NCBI RefSeq assembly: GCF_006345805.1
Contig: NC_043024.1
Location: 9,734,001 to 9,798,000 of the forward strand
DNA from: Octopus sinensis
Taxonomy: Eukaryota
Reading direction: 5' to 3'
Length of the DNA stretch: 64,000 nt
The notes beneath the pieces were generated by a model that did no database searches, was not told the DNA's origin, and was given only the letters and a program-made list of their open reading frames with translations. A program made the translations under genes and the position numbers. Within the stretch, counting starts at the first letter, position 1, and every line of letters begins with the position of its first letter. Below, piece after piece: positions 46,600-59,834 of the stretch.

Positions 46600-47345
46600 T
46601 GATTTAGTTAGTTAGTTAGTTAATTTTTTGGCTCAAAAAGCAAAAAGCAAGGCCATGTAGGGGGACATGGAGTTATGTACAGGGTGGTGTTCATGCAAAG
46701 AGTTCAGGCCATTTCTGGTCAAGGGAGACTTTGAACCGAGCGGTCGTCGGCATCTTCACCATCTCGTCCGGCAGCTTATTCCACGGATCCGCAATCTGGA
46801 CAGAGAAAGCCCCTCTCCTTCGATTGAGATGAAATCGTCGCAGATAGAGCTTTTCGAAGTGACCCCGCAGCTGACACTCTGGAGCAGGAGTGAAGAACAA
46901 CTCTTTCGAGAGGTTACACTTTCCGCTTATGATGTTGTGAGCAAGAATGAGATCACTGCGGCGTTTTTCAAGAGAATAAAGGTCGAGCGTCCTCGGCCTT
47001 TCTTCGTAGGACAAATTTTTGAGACCATGAACCATGCGGGTAGCCAGGGTGTTCATGTAAAGAGTTCAGGCCATTTCTGGTCAAGAGAGACTTTGAACTG
47101 AGCGGTCGTCGGCATCTTCACTATCTCATCCGGCAGCTTATTCCACGGATCCGCAACCTGGACGGAGAAAGCCCCTCTCCTTCAATTGAGATGAAATCGT
47201 CGCAGATAGAGCTTATCGGAGTGGCCCCGCAGCCGACGCTCTGGAGCAGGAGTGAAGAACAGCTCTTTCGAGAGGTTACACTTTCCGCTTATGATGTTGT
47301 GAGCAAGAATGAGATCACCACGGCGGCGGCGTTTTTCTAGAGAAT
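46600..47345 (-). mobile_element. Second CR1 family: two head-to-tail 3' fragments, (AACT)n tail
   Basis: ORF 46691-47056: ATRMVHGLKNLSYEERxxxLDLYSLEKRRxxDLI...WNKLP, a typical CR1 C-terminus. Confidence 0.9.
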
Positions 47346-48157
47346 AAAGGAATTTATGCAGCAGACGGCATAATTTTCCAATAACACATCCTGGATGTGA
47401 ATGGAATTATTTCAGAAGGATAAGTCCACCTCGTGACCTCTTCATTGGTTTATATAAGTACCAATTAAATACTGAAGTTGATTTAAATTTCCTGGTTATT
47501 CCAGTAATAATGTTAAATATCTACAATAAAACAGAATTGGAATGTTGCCTCTGTATATTTGACATTTCATCATCGTCATCATTGTATAACGTCTGTTTTC
47601 CATGCTAGCATGGGTTGGACAGTTCGACCGGGGTCTGGGAAGCCAGGAGGCCGCACCAAGCTCCAATCTGATCTGGCAGAAGAGAGCAAACCCAATATGG
47701 GCTTCAATGTCACTAATGTATTCATTCAGCTTAACTTTTAATTAAGCAATGTTATTATCTTTCTTTAACGAGTTTGCTGTTATCTTGACTTCTTCTGATT
47801 ATTTTTGTAATATATTCATCTTTGTTCATGATAACAAACAATTCAACACTTATCAATTCAACAAATTATATCATCATCATCGTTGTTGTCATCATCGTCG
47901 TCGTCATCATTGTTTGGCATGGGCTGGATGGTTTGACTGAAAACTGGTAAGCCAGATCAGACCGGAGCCTGGTGCAGCCTCCTGGCTTCCCAGACCCCGG
48001 TCAAACCGTCCAACCCATGCTAGCATGGAAAACAGACGTTAAACGATGATGATGATGATGATAGCATCCAGCTGTAGACACTGCCAGATCAGACTGGAGC
48101 CTGGTGCAGCCTTCTGGTTTGCCAGACCCCGGTCGAACCGTCCAACCCGTGATGATG

Positions 48158-48164
<7 letters not shown>

Positions 48165-48205
<41 letters not shown>

Positions 48206-48234
48206 TGAGTCCAGCTAACTCTTATTGGTTCCTC

Positions 48235-48265
<31 letters not shown>

Positions 48266-48427
48266 ATGATGTATGAATGTATGCATAAGTCTGTGTGTGT
48301 TTAGCTGTGTAGTATTTGTATCTATGCACGCATGTATGGAGTCCAGCCATCTCTTGCTGTTGGCTCGTGTATGTATGTATGTCTGTATGTGTATGTATAT
48401 ATGTATGTATGTATGAATGTATGTATG

Positions 48428-48461
<34 letters not shown>

Positions 48462-48615
48462 TGTATGTATGTGTGTGTATGTATGTATGTATGTGTGTAT
48501 GTATGTATGTATGTCTGTAAGTATGTATGTATGTATGTGTGTGTGTGTGCGTGCGTGCGTGTGTGTGTGTGTGTGTGTGTGTGTTTGTATGTATATATGT
48601 ATGAATGTATGTATG

Positions 48616-48648
<33 letters not shown>

Positions 48649-48989
48649 GTGTATGTATGTATGTATGTATGTGTGTATGTATGTATGTATGTGTGTATGT
48701 ATGTATGTGTGTATGTATGTGTGTGTGTATGTATGTATGTATGTATGTGTGTATGTATGTATGTGTGTATGTATGTATGTGTGTGTGTATGTATGTATGT
48801 ATGTATGTGTGTATGTATGTATGTATGTGTGTATGTATGTATGTATGTCTGTATGTATGTATGTGTGTATGTGTGCGTGCGTGCGTGTGTGTGTGTGTGT
48901 GTATGTGTGTGTGTGTGTGTGTGTATGTATGTGTGTATGTATGTATGTGTGTGTGTATGTATGTACGTATGTATGTATGTATGTGTGTG

Positions 48990-49040
<51 letters not shown>

Positions 49041-49905
49041 ATTAATTAACATTTCAGGGTTGTCTCCCCCTGCCTTCACCAGCCACAAAAGCCATTTACA
49101 AAAAGAAAGACAAAAAAAAAGCCCCAATTGTTTTTGCTATTTGTTTCTTCTTCATTAAGGAGTGTGATCCTGGTTAATTAAAATATCCTGGCCTGATTTT
49201 CTAACATCAAGTATGTTAGTTAGCACTGACCTCATCAATGCATGACTTGCAGCAGCCGTAGTAATAGTAGTAGTAGCAAACCATCCCTAATTGTTCAGAA
49301 TGTCTCCTTCTCTGTCTCTCTCTCTTTCTCTGTCTCTCTCTCTTTCTCTCTCTCTCTTTCTTTCTCTCTCTCTCTCTCTCTCTTTCTTTCTCACTCTCTC
49401 TCTCTCTTTCTCTCTCTCTCTTTCTCTCTCTCTCTTTCTTTCTCTCTCTCTTTTTCTCTCTCTCTTTCTTTCTTTCTCTCTCTTTTTCTCTCTCTCTTTC
49501 TTTCTCTCTCTCTCTCTCTTTTTCTCTCTCCAAACTCTCTATCTTACTTTCTCTCTCCCTCCCCCCTCTCTCTCTCTTTCTTTCTCTCTCCCTCTCTCTC
49601 CCTCCAACCTCTCTCTCTCTCTTTCTCTCTCTCTCCAACCTCTTTCTCTCTTTCCCTCTCTCTCTCTCCCCTCTCCCCTCTCTCCCTCTCTCCCTCTCTC
49701 CCTCCAACCTCTCCCTCTCTCATATATATTTGATAACTTTATACAGTTTATCTCATATCATTTGTCCTTTGTTCATTCAAATTTCTTCCTTTTTTGCTCT
49801 CATTTTCTTTCCATCCTCATTTTTCTCTCTCTCTTTCTCTCCCTCTCCCCCCACCATCTCTCCTTCCTTTCTCTCTCCCTCTCTCAGATTCTCAATTTCA
49901 ATATA
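48165..49905. repeat. (GTAT/GT)n tract 48230-49040 and (CT)n-rich polypyrimidine tract 49300-49900
   Basis: direct reading. Confidence 0.93.
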
Positions 49906-50795
49906 TCATCCCCCCCATTCCCTTACATTCTCTACCTCAATGTATTATTTTCAAATATAAGAGGTGAACCTGGGTTCTCATTCCTAATGTATTTTTCCAA
50001 TATTATTATTGTTTTGTCCCTTTATGTGTTAATTGATTTTTGTTAGCCCTTGTGGCCAATAAACGAATTAATTATTATTATTATTATTCAGGTCACTACC
50101 TGTAGTGTTTCTACATTTACACAGGAAAGTTAGATGGTTTGAAAGACGAGCTAGTTTTTGATGGAGCTTCTCTATATGCGTCCATTGAAGTCTAATGTCG
50201 GCTCTGTATCAGTTAGATAATTCAGTTCTATATTTAAGAGATGAGGAATTATGTACATTATTTACATTTGACGGATATTTGTCCTCATCTTGTTTGTTGT
50301 TAACAATCACACTCGGATGGTACTCAAGGTGCCACGCAGTGGGACTGAACCCGGAACTATGTGGTTGGTAAGCAAGCTACTTATCACACAGCCACTCCTG
50401 TGCTTATATATGTATGTATATATATACATATATATATACTACAGGTTTCTTTCAGTTTCCGTCTACCAAATCCACTCACAAGGCTTTGGTCAGCCCGAGG
50501 CTATAGTAGAAGACACTTGCCCAAGGGGCCATGCAGTGGGACTGAACCCGGATCCATGTGGTTGGTAAACAAGCTACTTACCACACGGCCACTACTTTTT
50601 TTTATTATCATTATTTAATCCGGTAGTTGTAATAGCTGTCTCTTTTGCAGAACTGCTAAGTTATGAGAATGTAAACAAACCAACAAAGGACGTGTAGCAG
50701 TTAGAGGGTATATATATATATATACACACTCACACACGTTGATTTTTGCTTGACCTCTGTTCAATTTTCGTTTGTTTCTTTCGTCAGTGTCCAAG

Positions 50796-50885
50796 ATGTG
50801 GAAAGCTGCTGCTGGTACAAACGTCAAGTTTGAGACGAAAAACGATGACGCTGACGACGACTGGGAAACTGATCCGGACTTTGTG
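50796..50885 (+). CDS. CTTN: Cortactin first coding exon (MWKAAAGTNVKFETKNDDADDDWETDPDFV), N-terminal acidic domain; exon starts at acceptor 50788, so a 5' UTR exon lies upstream
   Basis: tcgtcag|TGTCCAAG-ATG; ends GTG|gtaagt; MWKA start and the DDWETDPDFV Arp2/3-binding motif are diagnostic of cortactin/HS1. Confidence 0.97.
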
Positions 50886-51886
50886 GTAAGTTCTCTCTCT
50901 GGCACACACACTCTGACACACACATGCTTGCACAAATACTCACTCACACAAACGTATTCATACACACACTCACACACACTCACAATCATTTACACACACA
51001 TCCATACACACATATTCAATACACACACACACACTCTCTCTCTCTCTCTCTCTCTCACATACACACACACTAATGTACCAGCAAATACCCACAGATTATC
51101 CGCAAGTAGTAAATATTTTTTATATCTTTCATCTTTTACCTTTTACTTGTTTCAATCATTAGACTGTGGCCATGCTGAGGCACCGCCTTGAAGAATTCTT
51201 AGTCAGATTAATCGAACCCAGTGCAGTTTTTCTTTAAACCCTGGCAGTTATTCTATCAGTGTCTTTTGCCAAACCGCTATGTCAAGGGACATAAACACAC
51301 CAACACCAGTTGCCAAGTGGTGACATGCACACAAAGATATATAAGAATGACTTCAGGATGCTGAACCCTTCAGGCAAGATGACAAAGGACCGAGGTGTCT
51401 GGCATTTTGCTGCGCTCAAGAAGATCCGTACTCTGCAGCAAAACTGTTAAGACTGGTCGCTGTGGTGGTGAAAAGTGCCTGTGCGGTGTCACATAGAAAT
51501 GCCTGTGTGGTGCACATGAAAGCAGCTGTGTGACGCCATGCAAAAGCACAGATGCAGTGCCACGTTAAAAGCACCCAGCCCACTCTGTAAAGTGGTTGGC
51601 GCTAGGGAGGGCATCCAACCGTAGAAACCATTCTAAATCATACTGGAGTCTGGTGTAGTTCCCCAGTTTGCCAACTGTAGAAACCTTGCTAGATCTGATT
51701 GGAGCCTGGTGCAGCCTCCCAGCTTGCCAATCCTCAGTCAAACCATCCAACCCATGCCAACATGAAAAACAGACGTTAAATGATGATGATGATGATATAT
51801 ATCCTTGCTTCTGTGTCTCTCCTTTTCTCTCTTATATTTCCTGACCCTTCTCTTTTATTGAGTTCTTCTGTTTTTCCATTGTCCAG

Positions 51887-51960
51887 AATGATGTGAGCGA
51901 GAAGGACCAGCGATGGGGTTCGAAAACAGTCGCAGGATCAGGCCACATGGCCTCCATCAG
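51887..51960 (+). CDS. CTTN: Cortactin coding exon 2 (NDVSEKDQRWGSKTVAGSGHMASIS)
   Basis: gtccag|AAT...AG|gtaaat; 74 nt; NDVSEKxQRWGxKTVxGSGH. Confidence 0.97.
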
Positions 51961-52019
51961 GTAAATAACTCTTTTCACTTTGAAAAATTAAGGACATTTT
52001 TTAAAACTGACACTGCTCC

Positions 52020-52535
52020 ATGTGTGGTCGGAAGCTACATGGGAATGAAACCCCATTTTTTGCATGAAGCTGGGGTGAAGCTGTAAGTTCACAGCCCCAC
52101 TTTGTTTTTTGACCCTTTAGCATTTAAACTGACCGTATCTGGCCACATGTGTGGTCAGAAGCTACATGGGTTTGAACCCCCATTGTTTGTCTGAAGCTGG
52201 GGGGAAACTGTAAGTTCACAGCCCCTTGTTTTTTGACCCTTTAGCATTTAAACTGACCGTATCTGGCCACGTGTGGTCAGAAGCTACATGAGAATGAAAG
52301 CATTTAAACTGACCGTATCTGGCCACATGTGTGGTCAGAAGCTACATGGGTATGACACCCCATTATTTGTATGAAGCTGGGGTGAAGCTGTAAGTTCACA
52401 GCCCCACTTTGTTTTTTGACCCTTTAGCATTTAAACTGACCGTATCTGGCCACATGTGTGGTCAGAAGCTACATGGGTATGAAACCCCATTATTTGTATG
52501 AAGCTGGGGTGAAGCTGTAAGTTCACAGCCCCACT
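52020..52535. repeat. about 125-bp tandem repeat x about 4 (one internally deleted) in cortactin intron 2
   Basis: repeated catgtgtggtcagaagctacatggg...gaccctttagcatttaaactgaccgtatctggcc. Confidence 0.85.
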
Positions 52536-52644
52536 TGTGCCTGGTCTACCTGTATCAGACGGGTAGTCATGAAGGTTATACTGGGCTTCGTATATTAGTA
52601 CCCCAGTGTCACTTTGATGGCATGCACTGCTCTCTCACTCAATC

Positions 52645-53056
52645 ATAATAATAATAATAGAAATAGTAATTAATAATAAATAATAATAATAGAAATAATA
52701 ATTAATAATAATAATAATTAATAATAATAATAAAAATAATAATTAATAATAATAAAAATGATAATTAATAATAATTATAATGATAATTAATAATAAAAAT
52801 GATAATAATAATAAAAATGATAATTAATAATAATAAATAATAATAATAATAATATTTAATAATAATAAAAATAATTAATAATAATAATTATAATAATTAA
52901 TAATAATAATATTTAATAATAATAATTAATAATAATAATATTTAATAATAATAATAAATAATAATAATATCTAATAATAATAATAATTAATAATAATAAA
53001 AATAATAATTAATAAAATAATAATTAATAATAATAATTAATAATAAAGATAATAAT

Positions 53057-53088
<32 letters not shown>

Positions 53089-53146
53089 TAATAATAAATG
53101 ATAATAATTAATAATAATAATAATAAAAATAATAATTAATAATAAT

Positions 53147-53182
<36 letters not shown>
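52645..53182. repeat. about 540-bp degenerate (AAT)n tract just upstream of cortactin exon 3; (ATT)n tract of about 305 bp at 4045-4350; TG/TA tract at 680-1010
   Basis: direct reading. Confidence 0.93.
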
Positions 53183-53183
<1 letters not shown>

Positions 53184-53209
53184 GTTGTTGATGTTTAAAA
53201 ATGTTTCAG

Positions 53210-53339
53210 CTTGAACACTTTGCGAGAGGGCGTTGCTCAGGATCATGCCTCTAACAAGAAGAAAGAATTTGAAGCTGGCCCTCAAGCTTCTTACGGCTAT
53301 GGAGGTAAATTCGGGGTCCAGAAGGACCGAATGGACAAA
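53210..53339 (+). CDS. CTTN: Cortactin coding exon 3 ([43 protein letters not shown])
   Basis: tttcag|C...AAA|gtaagt; 130 nt; start of cortactin repeat 1, [15 protein letters not shown]. Confidence 0.97.
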
Positions 53340-53389
53340 GTAAGTGCTGCTTCACGTATCTGGGTTTATTACTTTTTTATATAAAAAAT

Positions 53390-56300
53390 ACAAAAATCGA
53401 AATCAATCAACATCAATGGTAATTGCAGCTGTGATACCAGTGCCGTTGGTACGTAAGAGAACCATCCAAACGTGGCCGTTGCCAGCGCTGCCCCGACTGG
53501 CCCCTGTGCCGGTGTCACGTAAAAAGTACCATCCGAACGTGGCCGTTGCCAGCATCGCCTGGCCCCTGTGCCAGTGGCACGTAAAAAGTACCATCCGATC
53601 ATGGCCGTTGCCAGCCTCGCCTGGCCCCTGTGCCAGTGGCACGTAAAAAGTACCATCTGATCGTGGCCGTTGCCAGCCTCGCCTGGCCCCTGTGCCAGTG
53701 GCACGTAAAAAGCACCATCCGATCATGGCCGTTGCCAGCCTCGCCTGGCCCCTGTGCCAGTGGCATGTAAAAAGTACCATCCGATCATGGCCGTTGCCAG
53801 CCTCGCCTGGCCCCTGTGCCAGTGGCATGTAAAAAGCACCATCCGATCATGGCCGTTGCCAGCCTCGCCTGGCCCCTGTGCCAGTGGCATGTAAAAAGCA
53901 CCATCCGATCATGGCCGTTGCCAGCCTCGCCTGGCCCCTGTGCCAGTGGCACGTAAAAAGCACCATCCGATCATGGCCGTTGCCAGCCTCGCCTGGCCCC
54001 TGTGCTGGTGTCACATAAAAAGCCCATCCGATCATGACCGTTGCCAGCCTCGCCTGGCCCTGTGCCAGTGGCACGTAAAAAGCACCATCCGATCATGGCT
54101 GTTGCCAGCCTCGCCTGGCCCCTGTGCCAGTGGCACGTAAAAAGCACCATCCGATCATGGCCGTTGCCAGCCTCGCCTGGCCCCTGTGCCAGTGGCACGT
54201 AAAAAGCACCATCCGATCATGGCCGTTGCCAGCCTCGCCTGGCCCCTGTGCTGGTGTCACATAAAAAGCACCATCCGATCATGGCCGTTGCCAGCCTCGC
54301 CTGGCCCCTGTGCCAGTGGCACGTAAAAAGCACCATCCGATCATGGCCGTTGCCAGCCTCGCCTGGCCCCGGTGCTGGTGGTCACATAAAAAGCACCATC
54401 CGATCATGGCCGTTGCCAGCCTCGCCTGGCCCCTGTGCCAGTGGCACGTAAAAAGCACCATCCGATCATGGCCGTTGCCAGCCTCGCCTGGCCCCTGTGC
54501 CAGTGGCACGTAAAAAGCACCATCCGATCATGGCCGTTGCCAGCCTCGCCTGGCCCCTGTGCCAGTGGCACGTAAAAAGCACCATCCGATCATGGCCGTT
54601 GCCAGCCTCGCCTGGCCCCTGTGCCAGTGGCACGTAAAAAGCACCATCCGATCATGGCCGTTGCCAGCCTCGCCTGGCCCCTGTGCTGGTGTCACATAAA
54701 AAGCACCATCCGATCATGGCCGTTGCCAGCCTCGCCTGGCCCCTGTGCCAGTGGCACGTAAAAAGCACCATCCGATCATGGCCGTTGCCAGCCTCGCCTG
54801 GCCCCTGTGCCAGTGGCACGTAAAAAGCACCATCCGATCATGGCCGTTGCCAGCCTCGCCTGGCCCCTGTGCCAGTGGCATGTAAAAAGCACCATCCGAT
54901 CATGGCCGTTGCCAGCCTCGCCTGGCCCCTGTGCCAGTGGCATGTAAAAAGCACCATCCGATCATGGCCGTTGCCAGCCTCGCCTGGCCCCTGTGCCAGT
55001 GGCATGTAAAAAGCACCATCCGATCATGGCCGTTGCCAGCCTCGCCTGGCCCCTGTGCTGGTGTCACGTAAAAAGCACCATCCGATCATGGCCGTTGCCA
55101 GCCTCGCCTGGCCCCTGTGCCAGTGGCACGTAAAAAGCACCATCCGATCATGGCCGTTGCCAGCCTCGCCTGGCCCCTGTGCTGGTGTCACGTAAAAAGC
55201 ACCATCCGATCATGGCCGTTGCCAGCCTCGCCTGGCCCCTGTGCCAGTGGCACGTAAAAAGCACCATCCGATCATGGCCGTTGCCAGCCTCGCCTGCCCC
55301 TGTGCTGGTGTCATGTAAAAAGCACCATCCGATCATGGCCGTTGCCAGCCTCGCCTGGCCCTGTGCCAGTGGCATGTAAAAAGCACCATCCGATCATGGC
55401 CGTTGCCAGCCTCGCCTGGCCCCTGTGCTGGTGTCATGTAAAAAGCACCATCCGATCATGGCCGTTGCCAGCCTCGCCTGGCCCCTGTGCTGGTGTCACG
55501 TAAAAAGCACCATCCGATCATGGCCGTTGCCAGCCTCGCCTGGCCCCTGTGCCAGTGGCACGTAAAAAGCACCATCCGATCATGGCCGTTGCCAGCCTCG
55601 CCTGGCCCCTGTGCCAGTGGCACGTAAAAAGCACCATCCGATCATGGCCGTTGCCAGCCTCGCCTGGCCCCTGTGCTGGTGTCATGTAAAAAGCACCATC
55701 CGATCATGGCCGTTGCCAGCCTCGCCTGGCCCCTGTGCTGGTGTCACGTAAAAAGCACCATCCGATCATGGCCGTTGCCAGCCTCGCCTGGCCCCTGTGC
55801 CAGTGGCACGTTAAAAAGCACCATCCGATCATGGCCGTTGCCAGCCTCGCCTGGCCCCTGTGCCAGTGGCACGTAAAAAGCACCATCCGATCATGGCCGT
55901 TGCCAGCCTCGCCTGGCCCCTGTGCTGGTGTCATGTAAAAAGCACCATCCGATCATGGCCGTTGCCAGCCTCGCCTGGCCCCTGTGCTGGTGTCACGTAA
56001 AAAGCACCATCCGATCATGGCCGTTGCCAGCCTCGCCTGGCCCCTGTGCTGGTGTCACATAAAAAGCACCATCCGATCATGGCCGTTGCCAGCCTCGCCT
56101 GGCCCCTGTGCCAGTGGCATGTAAAAAGCACCATCCGATCATGGCCGTTGCCAGCCTCGCCTGGCCCCTGTGCTGGTGTCATGTAAAAAGCACCATCCGA
56201 TCATGGCCGTTGCCAGCCTCGCCTGGCCCCTGTGCTGGTGTCATGTAAAAAGCACCATCCGATCATGGCCGTTGCCAGCCTCGCCTGGCCCCTGTGCTGG

Positions 56301-58525
56301 TGTCACATAAAAAGCACCATCCGATCATGGCCGTTGCCAGCCTCGCCTGGCCCTGTGCTGGTGTCATGTAAAAAGCACCATCCGATCATGGCCGTTGCCA
56401 GCCTCGCCTGGCCCCTGTGCTGGTGTCACGTAAAAAGCACCATCCGATCATGGCCGTTGCCAGCCTCGCCTGGCCCCTGTGCTGGTGTCACATAAAAAGC
56501 ACCATCCGATCATGGCCGTTGGCCAGCCTCGCCTGGCCCCTTGTGCCAGTGGCATGTAAAACACCATCCGATCATGGCCGTTGCCAGCCTCGCCTGGCCC
56601 CTGTGCTGGTGTCATGTAAAAAGCACCATCCGATCATGGCCGTTGCCAGCCTCGCCTGCCCCTGTGCTGGTGTCATGTAAAAAGCACCATCCGATCATGG
56701 CCGTTGCCAGCCTCGCCTGGCCCCTGTGCTGGTGTCACATAAAAAGCACCATCCGATCATGGCCGTTGCCAGCCTCGCCTGGCCCCTGTGCCAGTGGCAT
56801 GTAAAAAGCACCATCCGATCATGGCCGTTGCCAGCCTCGCCTGGCCCCTGTGCTGGTGTCATGTAAAAAGCACCATCCGATCATGGCCGTTGCCAGCCTC
56901 GCCTGGCCCCTGTGCTGGTGTCATGTAAAAAGCACCATCCGATCATGGCCGTTGCCAGCCTCGCCTGGCCCCTGTGCTGGTGTCACATAAAAAGCACCAT
57001 CCGATCATGGCCGTTGCCAGCCTCGCCTGGCCCCTGTGCTGGTGTCATGTAAAAAGCACCATCCGATCATGGCCGTTGCCAGCCTCGCCTGGCCCCTGTG
57101 CTGGTGTCATGTAAAAAGCACCATCCGATCATGGCCGTTGCCAGCCTCGCCTGGCCCCTGTGCCAGTGGCATGTAAAAAGCACCATCCGATCATGGCCGT
57201 TGCCAGCCTCGCCTGGCCCCTGTGCTGGTGTCATGTAAAAAGCACCATCCGATCATGGCCGTTGCCAGCCTCGCCTGGCCCCTGTGCTGGTGTCATGTAA
57301 AAAGCACCATCCGATCATGGCCGTTGCCAGCCTCGCCTGGCCCCTGTGCTGGTGTCACATAAAAAGCACCATCCGATCATGGCCGTTGCCAGCCTCGCCT
57401 GGCCCCTGTGCTGGTGTCACATAAAAAGCACCATCCGATCATGGCCGTTGCCAGCCTCGCCTGGCCCCTGTGCCAGTGGCACGTAAAAAGCACCATCCGA
57501 TCATGGCCGTTGCCAGCCTCGCCTGGCCCCTGTGCTGGTGTCACGTAAAAAGCACCATCCGATCATGGCCGTTGCCAGCCTCGCCTGGCCCCTGTGCCAG
57601 TGGCACGTAAAAAGCACCATCCGATCATGGCCGTTGCCAGCCTCGCCTGGCCCCTGTGCTGGTGTCACATAAAAAGCACCATCCGATCATGGCCGTTGCC
57701 AGCCTCGCCTGGCCCCTGTGCCAGTGGCATGTAAAAAGCACCATCCGATCATGGCCGTTGCCAGCCTCGCCTGGCCCCTGTGCTGGTGTCATGTAAAAGC
57801 ACCATCCGATCATGGCCGTTGCCAGCCTCGCCTGGCCCTGTGCTGGTGTCACGTAAAACACATCCCGATCATGGCCGTTGCCAGCCTCGCCTGGCCCCTG
57901 TGCCAGTGGCACGTAAAAAGCACCATCCGATCATGGCCGTTGCCAGCCTCGCCTGGCCCCTGTGCTGGTGTCATGTAAAAAGCACCATCCGATCATGGCC
58001 GTTGCCAGCCTCGCCTGGCCCCTGTGCTGGTGTCATGTAAAAAGCACCATCCGATCATGGCCGTTGCCAGCCTCGCCTGGCCCCTGTGCTGGTGTCCATG
58101 TAAAAAGCACACCATCCGATCATGGTGGCCGTTGCCAGCCTCGCCTGGCCCCTGTGCCGGTGGTACGTAAAAAGCACCATCTGATTGTGGCCGTTGCCAG
58201 CCTCGCCTGGCCCCTGTGCCGGTGGCACGTAAAAAGCACCATCTGATTGTGGCCGTTGCCAGCCTCTCCTGGCCTCAGTTCCGGTGGCACGTAAAAAGCA
58301 CCATCTGATCGTGGCCGTTGCCAGCCTCGCCTGGCTCCCGTGCCGGTGGCACGTAAAAAGCACCCACTACACTCATGGAGTGGTTGGTGTTAGGAAGGGC
58401 ATCCAGCTGTAGAAACACTGCCAGATCAGACTGGGCCTGGCGCAGCCTTCTGGCTTCCCAGACCCCAGTTGAACCGTCCAACCCATGCCAGCATGTAAAG
58501 CGGACGCTAAACGATGATGATGATG
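53390..58525 (+). mobile_element. RTE 3'-UTR copy whose internal 62-bp unit has expanded to about 78 tandem copies (about 53520-58345), in cortactin intron 3
   Basis: head aaatcaatcaacatcaatgg..., unit aaaaagcaccatccgatcatggccgttgccagcctcgcctggcccctgtgccagtggcacgt, standard tail and (GAT)n. Confidence 0.92.
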
Positions 58526-59020
58526 TGTGTGTGTGTGTGTGTGTTTGACCTTGATTCTCGTTGCATGACACCTTGGACAGATATCATCTGCTATAGCCTT
58601 AGGCATACATACCAATACATTGTGGTAAGTAGAGACTGTATGGAAGCCCACCATTTATATATATATAACAAAACATGTACATGATAACACTTCCAATCAG
58701 TTAATATCAGAAACCATGAGAGCCACTGCCAAATACTGCATCAGGGCATTTATTATTATTATTATTCAGTGGCACATAAAAAGCACCATCCAAACGTGGC
58801 CGATGCCAGCGCTGCCTCGACTGGCCCCTGTGCCGGTGGAACGTAAAAAGCACCCACTACACTCGCAGATTGGTTGGTGTTAGGAAGGGCATCCAGCTGT
58901 AGAAACACTGCCAGATCAGACTGGAGCCTGGTGCAGCCTCCTGGCTTCCCAGACCCCGGTCGAACCGTCCAACCCGTGCTAGCGCAGAAAACAGACGTTA
59001 AATGATGATGATGATGATGA

Positions 59021-59250
59021 TTATTATTATTATTATTATTCAGTAGTCTTATTTTTATTGCATGCTTTCTCTGCTCTACCGAGCGCAGCTCTGTGTGCCT
59101 TGAGTATGTGCTGTGGTTTGTTGTGGTGCTCTTATTCTCACTGCATTTGAAACTGTTTCACATAGGATGTGTGCAGTGCCTAGTAGTGCTATTTTCTGTA
59201 TGTTATATATACTTGTAAGTTCTGGTATTTTTGTTATGTACAGGCCAAGA
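59021..59250 (-). mobile_element. R4/Dong-like LINE 3' fragment ending in (AAT)n
   Basis: IQKIALLGTAHIL resembles the QKxxLLGTAxILR end of R4-clade ORFs; minus-strand end runs into (AAT)n. Confidence 0.65.
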
Positions 59251-59518
59251 TTAAGACCCTTAGAGGCTCTAAGCACTTGAAAGATTTTGGTGCCCCCAAA
59301 ATAAATGTAATTCAAAATATTAACAATAATATAAAATAAATTTATATTTTTCAAAATGTAACAAAACTAACAATAAACTGGAAAATAATGTCTTTTTTTT
59401 TGTATCCTTCCACTTTATTTATATTTGATAAATTTCCTCTTAAATTTTTTAATTGTGAACTCCTCGTTATGAAATGTTGTTGCTGTTGTTGTTGTTATTA
59501 TTATTATTATTATTGTAG

Positions 59519-59629
59519 TCTGCTTTGGGTCATGAACACCAAGAAAAACTTGCTGTGCACAACAGCCAAAAGGATTTCTCAAAGGGATTTGGAGGTAAAT
59601 TTGGAGTTCAGAAAGACCACCAAGACAAG
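59519..59629 (+). CDS. CTTN: Cortactin coding exon 4, one 37-aa repeat ([37 protein letters not shown])
   Basis: (tat)n-tgtag|TCT...AAG|gtaaac; 111 nt, phase 0-0. Confidence 0.96.
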
Positions 59630-59834
59630 GTAAACCCCTTTCATTTATTTCCACCTTTTAAAGTTGTTTCCAAGTGATGGGGAGGCTGGATGCTGAATTG
59701 GATGCTAAAATTGCAGGAGCTGGCTGGCACTGCAGTGTTGCCAGTTCCAGCATTTTGGTCCCCGAAGGAGGAGAGGCTGTTCAAAAGCCAAACTTTGTTA
59801 TCTTTAATTTGGTTTTTGTCTCTGTTCCCCCATA

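Noticed and set aside
53520-58345. CRISPR-like regular array
   Set aside because: Units are contiguous 62-mers with no unique spacers, there are no cas genes, and the context is a eukaryotic intron.
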